In this document: positions 1 through 8,253 of the stretch, piece after piece | How the letters are laid out: every line of letters begins with the position of its first letter | Position numbering within the stretch: the stretch's first letter is position 1 | From: Anaerolineaceae bacterium | Lineage (GTDB): Bacteria; Chloroflexota; Anaerolineae; Anaerolineales; Anaerolineaceae | Direction of reading: 5' to 3' | DNA length: 64,000 bases | Assembly: GCA_039683035.1 (NCBI GenBank) | Contig: JBDKSE010000020.1 | Location: 165,158 to 229,157 of the forward strand | Translations under genes and position numbers: made by a program | Notes under the pieces: generated by a model | Database searches by the model: none | What the model was told of the DNA's origin: nothing | What the model saw: only the letters and a program-made list of their open reading frames with translations

Positions 1-501
1 ATCCCGTATATCGACGGCGACGCCTATTACTGGTCATCGGTCAACCCTGATACCTACACTGGATATGCAGACAAACTCGCAAAAATGGGCGCTGCAGTGC
101 ATGCCGCCAAAGGGTTATGGATCGCTCCGGCAGCACCCGGATTCGATGCCCGCCTGGTGGGTGGAACCTCGACGGTGGACCGCAACAGCGGAGATACCTT
201 CCGCACGCAGATCAACACTGCCCTGGCGTCGGAGCCCGATGCGCTGGGTATCATCAGTTGGAACGAGTTCAGCGAGAATTCGCACATTGAACCTTCGGTC
301 AACTTTGGATCCACCTACCTGGATGTGCTCAGCCAGATCAATCAACTGCCTGCTCCGACCATCGGCGAGTTCGACTCGAGCGAGCAGGCAGCCGTAATTC
401 CGACCAACATCTTTCAATCCCGTACTGCAGCCCTGGCTGCGGTTGGCATCCTCTTTGTGGGATCCGTTGTTTTGATCCTTTTCAGAAGGAAAAGAAATTA
501 A
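1..501 (+). CDS. C-terminal part of a GH99-like exported protein with a C-terminal membrane anchor; the 5' end lies outside the window
   Basis: Frame 1 is open from base 1 (IPYIDGDAYYWSS...) to the stop at 499-501. The block ISWNEFSENSHIEPS parallels TTFNEWGEGTAVE in the C-terminal half of the 3659-5551 protein. The protein ends in a hydrophobic helix followed by RRKRN. Confidence 0.55.
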   Translation: MPYIDGDAYYWSSVNPDTYTGYADKLAKMGAAVHAAKGLWIAPAAPGFDARLVGGTSTVDRNSGDTFRTQINTALASEPDALGIISWNEFSENSHIEPSVNFGSTYLDVLSQINQLPAPTIGEFDSSEQAAVIPTNIFQSRTAALAAVGILFVGSVVLILFRRKRN

Positions 502-552
502 CAGGAGGGGTGGTTTGTGTTCGGGCATCTGCCCGGGTAAAGAAGGTGTGAA

Positions 553-3500
553 ATGAAACAGATGAAGTGGTTTGCGATGATTGTTCTCAGCCTGGTCTTT
601 GCGCTGGCTCCGCTTTCGAATGCAGTTTCTTTCGTACAGGCAGCAGCGGCGTGCAGCACCAGTTCCCCTTCCAGCGTGTATAGCGTGACCGTCTGCATCA
701 CCAGCCCGGCTGGCGGTGCGTCACTGACGGGTGACGCTTCTGTCACCGCAACAGTGAGCGTCAGCGGCACCAATCCAGGCATCAGGCGGGTGATCTTTAA
801 CTTAAACGGCAACTACCTGCTGACCGATTATCAAAGCCCTTACGCATTTACGCTGCCCACCACCAAATGGACTGACGGGAGTTACACGCTTGCCGCGTCA
901 GCTTTGATGCGCGATGGGTTTACCTCCAGCCAGGCCACGGAACCGGTCAACTTTGCCAATGGTATCAACAAGCCGTATGTAAACAAGAATACATTCACTC
1001 CCTCAAGTGGAACGACCCCGGCAAGCGGATCGCCATTTGTGGTGGCTGCCGGAGGGGATGGAGCCAGCGGCGAAACCGCATCGACGAATGTCTCCAATCT
1101 GATCAACACGCTTCAACCCAACCTGTTCCTCTACCTGGGGGATGTATACGAGAAGGGCAGCGTATCTGAGTTCTATAACTGGTACGGTACCAGCACGACC
1201 AATTTCGGCCGCCTGCGGGCGATCACCAATCCGACGGTCGGCAACCATGAGTATGAAAAGGGGGCTGCTCCCGGATACTTTGACTATTGGAACAATGTGC
1301 CCAATTATTACAGCTACAACGCCGGAGGCTGGCATTTTATCAGCTTGAATTCGAATTCTTCGGTCGTGGCCACGAGTGCCACTTCCGCCCAGTATGCCTG
1401 GCTGCAGCAGGACCTGACAGCCAATAGTCAGGTTTGCACCATCGTGTATTACCATCACCCCCTTTACAACGTCGGACCGGAGGGTCCTGCCACCTCGATG
1501 ACCGATATGTGGAAATTGATGGCTCAATACGGGGTCTCAATCGTCGTCAACGGGCATGACCACGATTATCAGCGTTGGGTACCCCTGGACGGGAACGGCA
1601 ATCCATCACCCAATGGCATCACAGAATTTGTTGCCGGTGCTGCGGGACACGGTGTGCAGACGATCGTCAACTCTGACGCGCGGGTGGCTTATTCCAATTC
1701 CACCAACCCGGGCGGGTTTGGGGTACTTCTTCTGAAGCTCAATGCCAGCGGCGCAAGTTTTCAATATATCAACACTGGCGGAACGGTGCTGGATTCGGGA
1801 GTCATCCCCTGCGCGAAGAGCGGGCCGGACACCCAGGCCCCCACCGTACCAGGCAATTTCTCAGCCAGCGCAGTCAGCGCCACGCAGGTCAATTTGAGCT
1901 GGACCGTTTCCTCAGACAATGTCGGAGTGGCGGGATATACCATCTACCGCAATGCTGTTGCCCTTGCCAGTGTTAACGGCAGCACGCATGCCTACAGCGA
2001 TAACTCCGCCATGCCCGGTCAAACCTACCAGTTCAGCGTGGATGCCTACGATGCTGCAGGGAACCATTCAGCGCAAACCGCCGCAATCAGCGTGACCATG
2101 CCCCCCATGCCGGCTTCCATCACCATCTACCCGGTGGCAGATACGTACGTGAGCTCGTCCAGTCCCACTTCAAATTACGGCAGCGCCACCACCATCCGTT
2201 TGGATGGATCGCCGGATTTACACGGTTACCTGCGCTTCAATGTGCAGGGAACGGCGGGAACACCCATCACCAGGGCGACCTTGCAGCTTTATGCCAACAA
2301 CACTTCGAGCCTGGGGATTAGTGCGCTGCGGGTGGCAGATAATACCTGGGATGAGAAAAAGGTGACCTATAACAATGCTCCTATCCTGGGGAGCCTGATT
2401 TCCTCCTCGGGATCTTTTACATCAGGAGGTTGGGTGAGCCTGGATGTGACCGGCTATGTGATCGGCGACGGCGTTTACAGTTTCGGCTTAACCACACCCG
2501 GTACGACAACCCTGAGTTTCCCCAGCCTGAATTCGGGAGTCAACTATGCCCAGATCATTTTGAGTTTTTTGGCGGGTGACTTGACGCCTCCGTCCACCCC
2601 AACCGGGTTGACCGCATCAGCAACCGCCACCCCGCTGCAGGTCAGCCTGTCATGGACTGCGTCCACGGACAATGTGAGTGTGACAGGCTACACGGTCTAC
2701 CGCGGCGGCAATTCCATAGCGACTGTAAACGGAACGACCACGACGTTTACCGACATGGTTCCTGCACCAGGGATCTACAGTTATACCGTTGACGCCTTTG
2801 ATGCAGCGGGCAATCATTCCAGCCAATCCACCGCTGCTCCCATTACTTTCGCTGATGTTACTCCACCCAGCGTTCCGAATAATTTCTCTGCTGCGGCAGT
2901 CAGTGCCACACAGGTGAACCTGGCGTGGACGGCTTCAACGGATGATGTGGGGGTTGCAGGGTATACCGTCTACCGCGACGGAGCCGTTCTCACATCGCTT
3001 GCTGCCTCCTCCCTGTCGTTTTCTGACACCAGCGTTTCCGCCAGCACTTCCTACTCCTATGCCGTGGACGCTTTTGATGCTGCTGGAAATCACTCCGCAG
3101 CCACAACAGCAATCACGGTGACCACGCCCAGCCTGCCGGCCAGCCTGACCTTCACACCGGATGCGGATGCTTATGTCAACTCAGGGTCACCAGACACCAA
3201 TTACGGATCATCCACCTCGCTGAGGGTGGATGCCTCGCCCACGGTGAACAGTTATCTGCGGTTCACCGTCCAGGGGCTTGGAGGTCGTACGATATCCAGG
3301 GCGCGACTCTTGATCTATGCCACGAGCAGTTCCAGCCAGGGGCTGACCGGGTGGAGCGTGGCAGACACCACCTGGGGCGAGAAGACCATCACCTTTAACA
3401 ACGCTCCTGTTTTGGGAACCAGCCTCGGAACCACGCCAGCAGTGGTGGGCGGCACCTGGATGACTTTGGATATCACTGGATACATCACTGGCGAAGGAAC

Positions 3501-3600
3501 ATTCAGCTTCGGAGTATCCACGCCCGGATCCACAGCCATCAGCCTCGCCTCGCGTGAATCCGGCGCCAATTCGCCGCAGTTGATCATCGACCTGAATTGA
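553..3600 (+). CDS. Secreted multidomain metallophosphoesterase with three FN3 modules and two CBM96/DNRLRE-like modules
   Basis: Signal peptide MKQMKWFAMIVLSLVFALAPLSNA. Calcineurin-like phosphoesterase motifs GDVYEKG, GNHEYE and GHDHDYQRW. Three FN3-like units (...VNLSWT.S.DNVGVAGYT.YR...). Two repeats of the pattern PVADTYVSSSSPTSNYGS...YLRFNVQG / PDADAYVNSGSPDTNYGS...YLRFTVQG. Confidence 0.8.
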   Translation: MKQMKWFAMIVLSLVFALAPLSNAVSFVQAAAACSTSSPSSVYSVTVCITSPAGGASLTGDASVTATVSVSGTNPGIRRVIFNLNGNYLLTDYQSPYAFTLPTTKWTDGSYTLAASALMRDGFTSSQATEPVNFANGINKPYVNKNTFTPSSGTTPASGSPFVVAAGGDGASGETASTNVSNLINTLQPNLFLYLGDVYEKGSVSEFYNWYGTSTTNFGRLRAITNPTVGNHEYEKGAAPGYFDYWNNVPNYYSYNAGGWHFISLNSNSSVVATSATSAQYAWLQQDLTANSQVCTIVYYHHPLYNVGPEGPATSMTDMWKLMAQYGVSIVVNGHDHDYQRWVPLDGNGNPSPNGITEFVAGAAGHGVQTIVNSDARVAYSNSTNPGGFGVLLLKLNASGASFQYINTGGTVLDSGVIPCAKSGPDTQAPTVPGNFSASAVSATQVNLSWTVSSDNVGVAGYTIYRNAVALASVNGSTHAYSDNSAMPGQTYQFSVDAYDAAGNHSAQTAAISVTMPPMPASITIYPVADTYVSSSSPTSNYGSATTIRLDGSPDLHGYLRFNVQGTAGTPITRATLQLYANNTSSLGISALRVADNTWDEKKVTYNNAPILGSLISSSGSFTSGGWVSLDVTGYVIGDGVYSFGLTTPGTTTLSFPSLNSGVNYAQIILSFLAGDLTPPSTPTGLTASATATPLQVSLSWTASTDNVSVTGYTVYRGGNSIATVNGTTTTFTDMVPAPGIYSYTVDAFDAAGNHSSQSTAAPITFADVTPPSVPNNFSAAAVSATQVNLAWTASTDDVGVAGYTVYRDGAVLTSLAASSLSFSDTSVSASTSYSYAVDAFDAAGNHSAATTAITVTTPSLPASLTFTPDADAYVNSGSPDTNYGSSTSLRVDASPTVNSYLRFTVQGLGGRTISRARLLIYATSSSSQGLTGWSVADTTWGEKTITFNNAPVLGTSLGTTPAVVGGTWMTLDITGYITGEGTFSFGVSTPGSTAISLASRESGANSPQLIIDLN

Positions 3601-3658
3601 GTTTGTTTTCTCTTTTCCGTCCCGATCTTTCCATCAAAAGGTTGGGAGAGGTTATTTC

Positions 3659-5551
3659 ATGAAAAAATTGCTGCCGTTCATTGTCATCATGATGCTGCTG
3701 GCAGGGTGTGTACAGGGTGCGCAGCTCGCTCCTTCTGGAAGCGGGGCAGCCAGTACCCTGAACACGCCTGCATCTCCATCCATTGGAGCAACGCCAACTC
3801 CGACCACGGGTACACCGTCAGTCGGGAGCAAGGTTCCTGCCTTTGACCATATTGTCCTGATCATCCTGGAGAACCAGGACTTTCAGAACATCATCGGCAA
3901 TTCCAAAATGCCGCAGATCAATGCACTGGCACAGCAGAATGTGCTTCTGACCAATTATTATGCCGTCACCCATCCCAGCCTGCCCAATTACATTGCCCTG
4001 GTCAGCGGCAGCACCCAGGGGATCACCTCCGACTGCACAGATTGTTATGTCAACCAGCCCAACCTGGCAGACCTGATTGAAGCCAGCGGGCGCACCTGGA
4101 AAACCTACCAGGAAGATATGCCCGCCCCCTGCACACTGGGGAATGCCGGAAATTACGCCCAAAAACACAACCCCTTCATTTACTTTGACGCCATCCGCAA
4201 CGATAAAACCCGCTGCGACCGCAGCATTGTCCCGTTGACACAACTGGAATCCGACCTTGCTGCCAACCTGTTACCCAACTTCTCCTTTATCATGCCCAAC
4301 CTGTGCAATTCAGGTCACGATTGTTCCATGGATGTGGTGGACAATTGGGTGGGAGCCATGGTGGGTAAATTGCAGACTTCTCCAGCTTTGGGCAAAAACA
4401 GCCTCATCATCATCACCTATGACGAGGGAGGCAAGGACAGCACCGGCAGCTGCTGCAGTATCGGTAAAAAAGGAGGCGGTCAGGTGGCGACCATCCTGAT
4501 CTCTCCGGAAGCACGAGCGAAATTTGCAGATTCCACAGCGTATTCGCACTACTCGCTGCTGAAAACCATCCTTACCGCATGGAATTTAAAGCCCCTGGGG
4601 GAGACTGCCAAAGATGCCAATCCGGTCATTGAAGCGCCATGGAACAAACAAACGGGAGCCGTCCAACCCACGCCGGCAAAGCTTAATCCCGAGGTTGCTT
4701 CGGCCTATCAGACTACGGATCCCCCCAAGGGATCGTCGCTCGCCTTTCCCATTCGGGCGGCATTTTACTATCCCTGGTTCCCGGAAGCCTGGAAGCAAAG
4801 CGGCATGGACCCTTTTACTCATTACCAGCCCACGGCCGGTTTCTACAGCCAGGATGATGTGGCAGTGTTCCAGGCACAGATCAGCGCCATGCAATACGGC
4901 AAAATCGAGGCTGGCATTTCCTCCTGGTGGGGGCAGGGCACACCAACTGATAAACGCTTCCCTTTTCTGTTGGCTGAAGGTGAAAAAACCGGATTCTACT
5001 GGGCGGCTTATTACGAGCAGGAAGGGTACCAGGACCCACCCGTAACCGCCATTCAATCGGATCTGGCATACCTGCAGAAACAATACGCCTCGTCCAAAGC
5101 CTATCTCAAGGTCGATGGGCGGATGGTGGTCTTTGTCTACGCGGACAGCAACGACCGCTGCAGCATGGTGGACCGCTGGGTCAAGGCCAACACGGTCAAC
5201 GCCTACCTGGTTTTGAAAGTCTTTCCTGGTTATCATTCCTGCACCAGCCAACCGGACGGTTGGCATCAATACGCACCAGCCACAGCGGAGAAACCGGTTG
5301 GCAAAAGCAGTTACACCATCAGCCCCGGCTTTTGGAAGGCGGGTGTGAGCCAACCGGATCTACCACGAGATTTGCAGCGCTGGAATTCCGATATCCGCGC
5401 CATGATGGCTTCCGATGCTCCCTGGCAGTTGGTCACCACCTTCAATGAGTGGGGAGAAGGTACGGCGGTTGAAGGCGCACAGGAATGGCAAAGCCCCTCG
5501 GGGTATGGACTCTACCTGGACGCGCTCCATAATGATGGAAAAACACCTTAG
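3659..5551 (+). CDS. Lipoprotein fusing an AcpA/phospholipase-C-type phosphoesterase domain to a GH99-like domain
   Basis: Lipobox LLAGC. N-terminal half FDHIVLIILENQDFQNIIG...THPSLPNYIALVSG matches the phosphoesterase family. C-terminal half RAAFYYPWFPEAW...HYQPTAGFYSQDD...TTFNEWGEGTAVE is GH99-like. Confidence 0.75.
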   Translation: MKKLLPFIVIMMLLAGCVQGAQLAPSGSGAASTLNTPASPSIGATPTPTTGTPSVGSKVPAFDHIVLIILENQDFQNIIGNSKMPQINALAQQNVLLTNYYAVTHPSLPNYIALVSGSTQGITSDCTDCYVNQPNLADLIEASGRTWKTYQEDMPAPCTLGNAGNYAQKHNPFIYFDAIRNDKTRCDRSIVPLTQLESDLAANLLPNFSFIMPNLCNSGHDCSMDVVDNWVGAMVGKLQTSPALGKNSLIIITYDEGGKDSTGSCCSIGKKGGGQVATILISPEARAKFADSTAYSHYSLLKTILTAWNLKPLGETAKDANPVIEAPWNKQTGAVQPTPAKLNPEVASAYQTTDPPKGSSLAFPIRAAFYYPWFPEAWKQSGMDPFTHYQPTAGFYSQDDVAVFQAQISAMQYGKIEAGISSWWGQGTPTDKRFPFLLAEGEKTGFYWAAYYEQEGYQDPPVTAIQSDLAYLQKQYASSKAYLKVDGRMVVFVYADSNDRCSMVDRWVKANTVNAYLVLKVFPGYHSCTSQPDGWHQYAPATAEKPVGKSSYTISPGFWKAGVSQPDLPRDLQRWNSDIRAMMASDAPWQLVTTFNEWGEGTAVEGAQEWQSPSGYGLYLDALHNDGKTP

Positions 5552-5708
5552 GGGGATTCTGGGCTAATGGTACGCTAGAAGTTATTTCCTTTATACAAGT
5601 CTTCGTAGATGAGAATTTTTGTTTTGTGGCACAATGAAAGGAGCGGGCATTCTTTTTCCGCTCCTTGCCTTAAGTTATCTCGTCTACCTCAGGGAACAGG
5701 ATTCAGGG

Positions 5709-6857
5709 ATGGACAAACCTATCAGGAAGATCATACTCGCACCGGATTCCTTCAAAGGCACGCTATCTGCCGCGCAGGTTTGCGGTTTGCTTAAGGCGGT
5801 CGTACTGAAGTATTTTCCTGAATGCGAAGTCAAAACCTTTCCAATGTCGGATGGCGGAGAGGGATTCCTGGATGCCATGCTGCTGGCTGCAGGCGGCAAA
5901 AAGACCAGGATCCGGGTGACCGGCCCCCTGGGCAGCGAGATCGATGCTGACTACGGCGTGCTGGCGGATGGCAGGGTAGTGATCGAAATGGCGGCTGCCT
6001 CGGGACTGACATTGTTGGGAGAGCATAACCGCGATGCGTTCAATGCCACCAGCTACGGTACGGGTCAGCTCATGCGGCAAGCTTTGCTGCAGGGGCACCG
6101 TGATCTGATCATCGGGCTGGGGGGCAGTGCCACCGTGGATGGCGGCGCAGGGGGGGCCGCTGCGCTCGGGGTCAGTTACCGGGATACAAAGGACAACGAG
6201 ATTCGTTCGGGAGCCGGTTTGATTTCTTTGACCCACATCGACCTTACTCAGATGGAGCCCGGTTTGAGAGATGCGAAGATCACATTTGCTGTCGATGTCA
6301 CCAACCCGCTGTACGGTGAAAACGGTGCTGCGAGGATCTTCGGACCCCAGAAAGGAGCTTCCCCTGACCAGGTGTTCCTGCTCGACAGGGGATTGGAGAA
6401 TCTTGGCAGGTTGTTGGAAAAGAGAACCGGTTTGGATCTTCAGAAGTTGCCGGGGTCGGGCGCTGCGGGGGGCCTGGCATCGCCATTTGTGGCTTTTGCC
6501 GGAGCAAAGATTGAAAGTGGAATTCAAATGGTGATGGATGCTTATCATCTCGATGCCGAACTGGAGAATTGCGACCTGGTGATCACGGGTGAAGGATGCA
6601 CAGACGCTCAGAGCGTGATGGGCAAGGTCCTTTCAGGTATTGGAAACAGGGGGTTGAGCAGGAAGGTGCCGGTGATTGCCATATCAGGAATGATTGCTGA
6701 CGGGTACCAGGCAGTCTACGGTCAGGGTATCAGCGCGGTGTTTTCCACGGTCCGCAGCGCTGATGATTTGATAGATATTTCAGAAAACGTGGAAGCCAGG
6801 TTGCAGAGCACCGCAGAGGATGTACTGCGGTTGATCAAAGACCTATGGGGAAAATAG
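5709..6857 (+). CDS. Glycerate kinase
   Basis: ILAPDSFKGTLSA, FPMSDGGEGF, LIIGLGGSATVDGG and ITGEGCTDAQS are typical of glycerate kinase. I chose the start at MDKPIRK (ATG 5709) because the longer ORF from 5619 runs through a strong hairpin at 5638-5666. Confidence 0.85.
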   Translation: MDKPIRKIILAPDSFKGTLSAAQVCGLLKAVVLKYFPECEVKTFPMSDGGEGFLDAMLLAAGGKKTRIRVTGPLGSEIDADYGVLADGRVVIEMAAASGLTLLGEHNRDAFNATSYGTGQLMRQALLQGHRDLIIGLGGSATVDGGAGGAAALGVSYRDTKDNEIRSGAGLISLTHIDLTQMEPGLRDAKITFAVDVTNPLYGENGAARIFGPQKGASPDQVFLLDRGLENLGRLLEKRTGLDLQKLPGSGAAGGLASPFVAFAGAKIESGIQMVMDAYHLDAELENCDLVITGEGCTDAQSVMGKVLSGIGNRGLSRKVPVIAISGMIADGYQAVYGQGISAVFSTVRSADDLIDISENVEARLQSTAEDVLRLIKDLWGK

Positions 6858-6984
6858 ATGCTATACTTAAGGCATACGGGGGGAAAACGCATTTAAACCT
6901 GCTGCCATTTGATCCTCAATAAGACACCCTCATCCTTTCAATGGGAGGATCAATCGTCGACTCATCTGGAGGAATAGGAAGCAC

Positions 6985-8139
6985 ATGAAAGTTCTTGTGA
7001 CCAACCAGAGCATTAAGTACTACTCCGGTTCTGAAATAAACGCAGTGCAAATCTGTGAAGCATTGAAAAGTCGGGAAATTGAAGCGGATATCGGGACTTT
7101 TATTTTTGGAAGTCCCTTGAGTCAGGTTGTGTCCAAAAAGGGGATCAAGGTGATCAATCTTCTGGATGCTTTTGACGAACCCCTCAATTACGACCTCGTT
7201 TGGGCGCATCATGCTCCTACACTCGCAGAGCTGCTTTATAAAAAGAACATTTCCGACACGAAGATCGTCTTCAGCAGCCTTAGCCCGATTGTTCCTTTGG
7301 AATGCGTTCCTGTTTTTCATCAGGATATTCACTACTTTCTTTCCCATAGCAACGAGAATTTCAAGGTGATGATCAGGGACGGAGTTGCAGCAGAAAAGAT
7401 CCACTACTTTCCCAATTATGTGCCGGAAAAATTCTTTTCAATGGCGAGAACCGCGCACAACCCGGTCATACGCACGGTTGCGGTGATTTCAAACCATGTC
7501 CCCGCCGAGGTGAGGGATTTTGCAGGCATTGCGCGGAGCAATAATATCCATGTGACTTTCTACGGATTCGAAGATAAACAGGCATATGTAGACGAAAACT
7601 TGTTGCTGAAATATCACCTGGTGATCAGCATTGGAAAGACTGTTCAATACTGCCTCGGATTGAAGATCCCTGTTTATATCTATGATCATTTTGGCGGTCC
7701 CGGTTACTTGACTGGGGAAAACTATGAATTCTCAGAAGTGAACAATTTCTCAGGGAGAAAATCTGAAATTATCCGGAATGGAGCAGAACTCTTTGAAGAT
7801 ATTGTTACGGGTTATCCGAAAAACCTGGGCCTCCTTGATGAGCTCTTTGAGCGTTGTCATAGGGACTTTTGCCTGGAGAGCAATCTTGACAAATTGTTGA
7901 GCGACGTTAAGGGTATTCCAGTGACCAATATAAAAACGTTCAGGAGCAGGAACACCCTTGCAGAAAGAGTCTATGCTTCATATCTTGAATTGCAGCGGAA
8001 AAATCTTCATCTTCATAATGTTGTGAAGGCAAAAGATGAGGAAATAGACAACACGATCTCGGCATACACCAACACTGTAAGCTGGAAAATTACGGAACCC
8101 TTGAGAAAGGTGCGAGTCCTTTTTCGAAAGAAGGTATAA
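6985..8139 (+). CDS. Low-GC glycosyltransferase-like (GT-B-like) protein with a coiled-coil and a SWKITEPLRK tail; function uncertain
   Basis: 384-aa ORF with GGAGGAATAGG upstream. It is visibly AT-richer than both flanks. It has N- and C-terminal Rossmann-like halves (KVLVTN...; RTVAVISNHVP...IPVYIYD). The C-terminal motif TVSWKITEPLRK resembles tails seen on polysaccharide-biosynthesis proteins. Confidence 0.5.
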   Translation: MKVLVTNQSIKYYSGSEINAVQICEALKSREIEADIGTFIFGSPLSQVVSKKGIKVINLLDAFDEPLNYDLVWAHHAPTLAELLYKKNISDTKIVFSSLSPIVPLECVPVFHQDIHYFLSHSNENFKVMIRDGVAAEKIHYFPNYVPEKFFSMARTAHNPVIRTVAVISNHVPAEVRDFAGIARSNNIHVTFYGFEDKQAYVDENLLLKYHLVISIGKTVQYCLGLKIPVYIYDHFGGPGYLTGENYEFSEVNNFSGRKSEIIRNGAELFEDIVTGYPKNLGLLDELFERCHRDFCLESNLDKLLSDVKGIPVTNIKTFRSRNTLAERVYASYLELQRKNLHLHNVVKAKDEEIDNTISAYTNTVSWKITEPLRKVRVLFRKKV

Positions 8140-8191
8140 CCCGCAGGTATTCTCAAAAACCTGTAATGCTTTGAGTCTTCATTGAAAGTGC

Positions 8192-8222
8192 AACTGCCTG
8201 CTTTTTATGCAGGCAGTTTTTC
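8192..8222. terminator. Bidirectional intrinsic terminator between convergent genes
   Basis: Stem AACTGCCTGC / GCAGGCAGTT with loop TTTTTAT, followed by a T-run. It lies between the stop at 8139 (+) and the stop at 8254 (-). Confidence 0.65.
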
Positions 8223-8253
8223 TATGAATTTTATTGTAGCAAATCCAGCCGTT

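Noticed and set aside
5638-5666. Hairpin AAGGAGCGG...CCGCTCCTT as a terminator of the 3659-5551 gene
   Set aside because: It is a perfect 9-bp stem but has no downstream T-tract on the + strand, so I do not call it a terminator with confidence. I used it only as an argument against the 5619 start of glycerate kinase.
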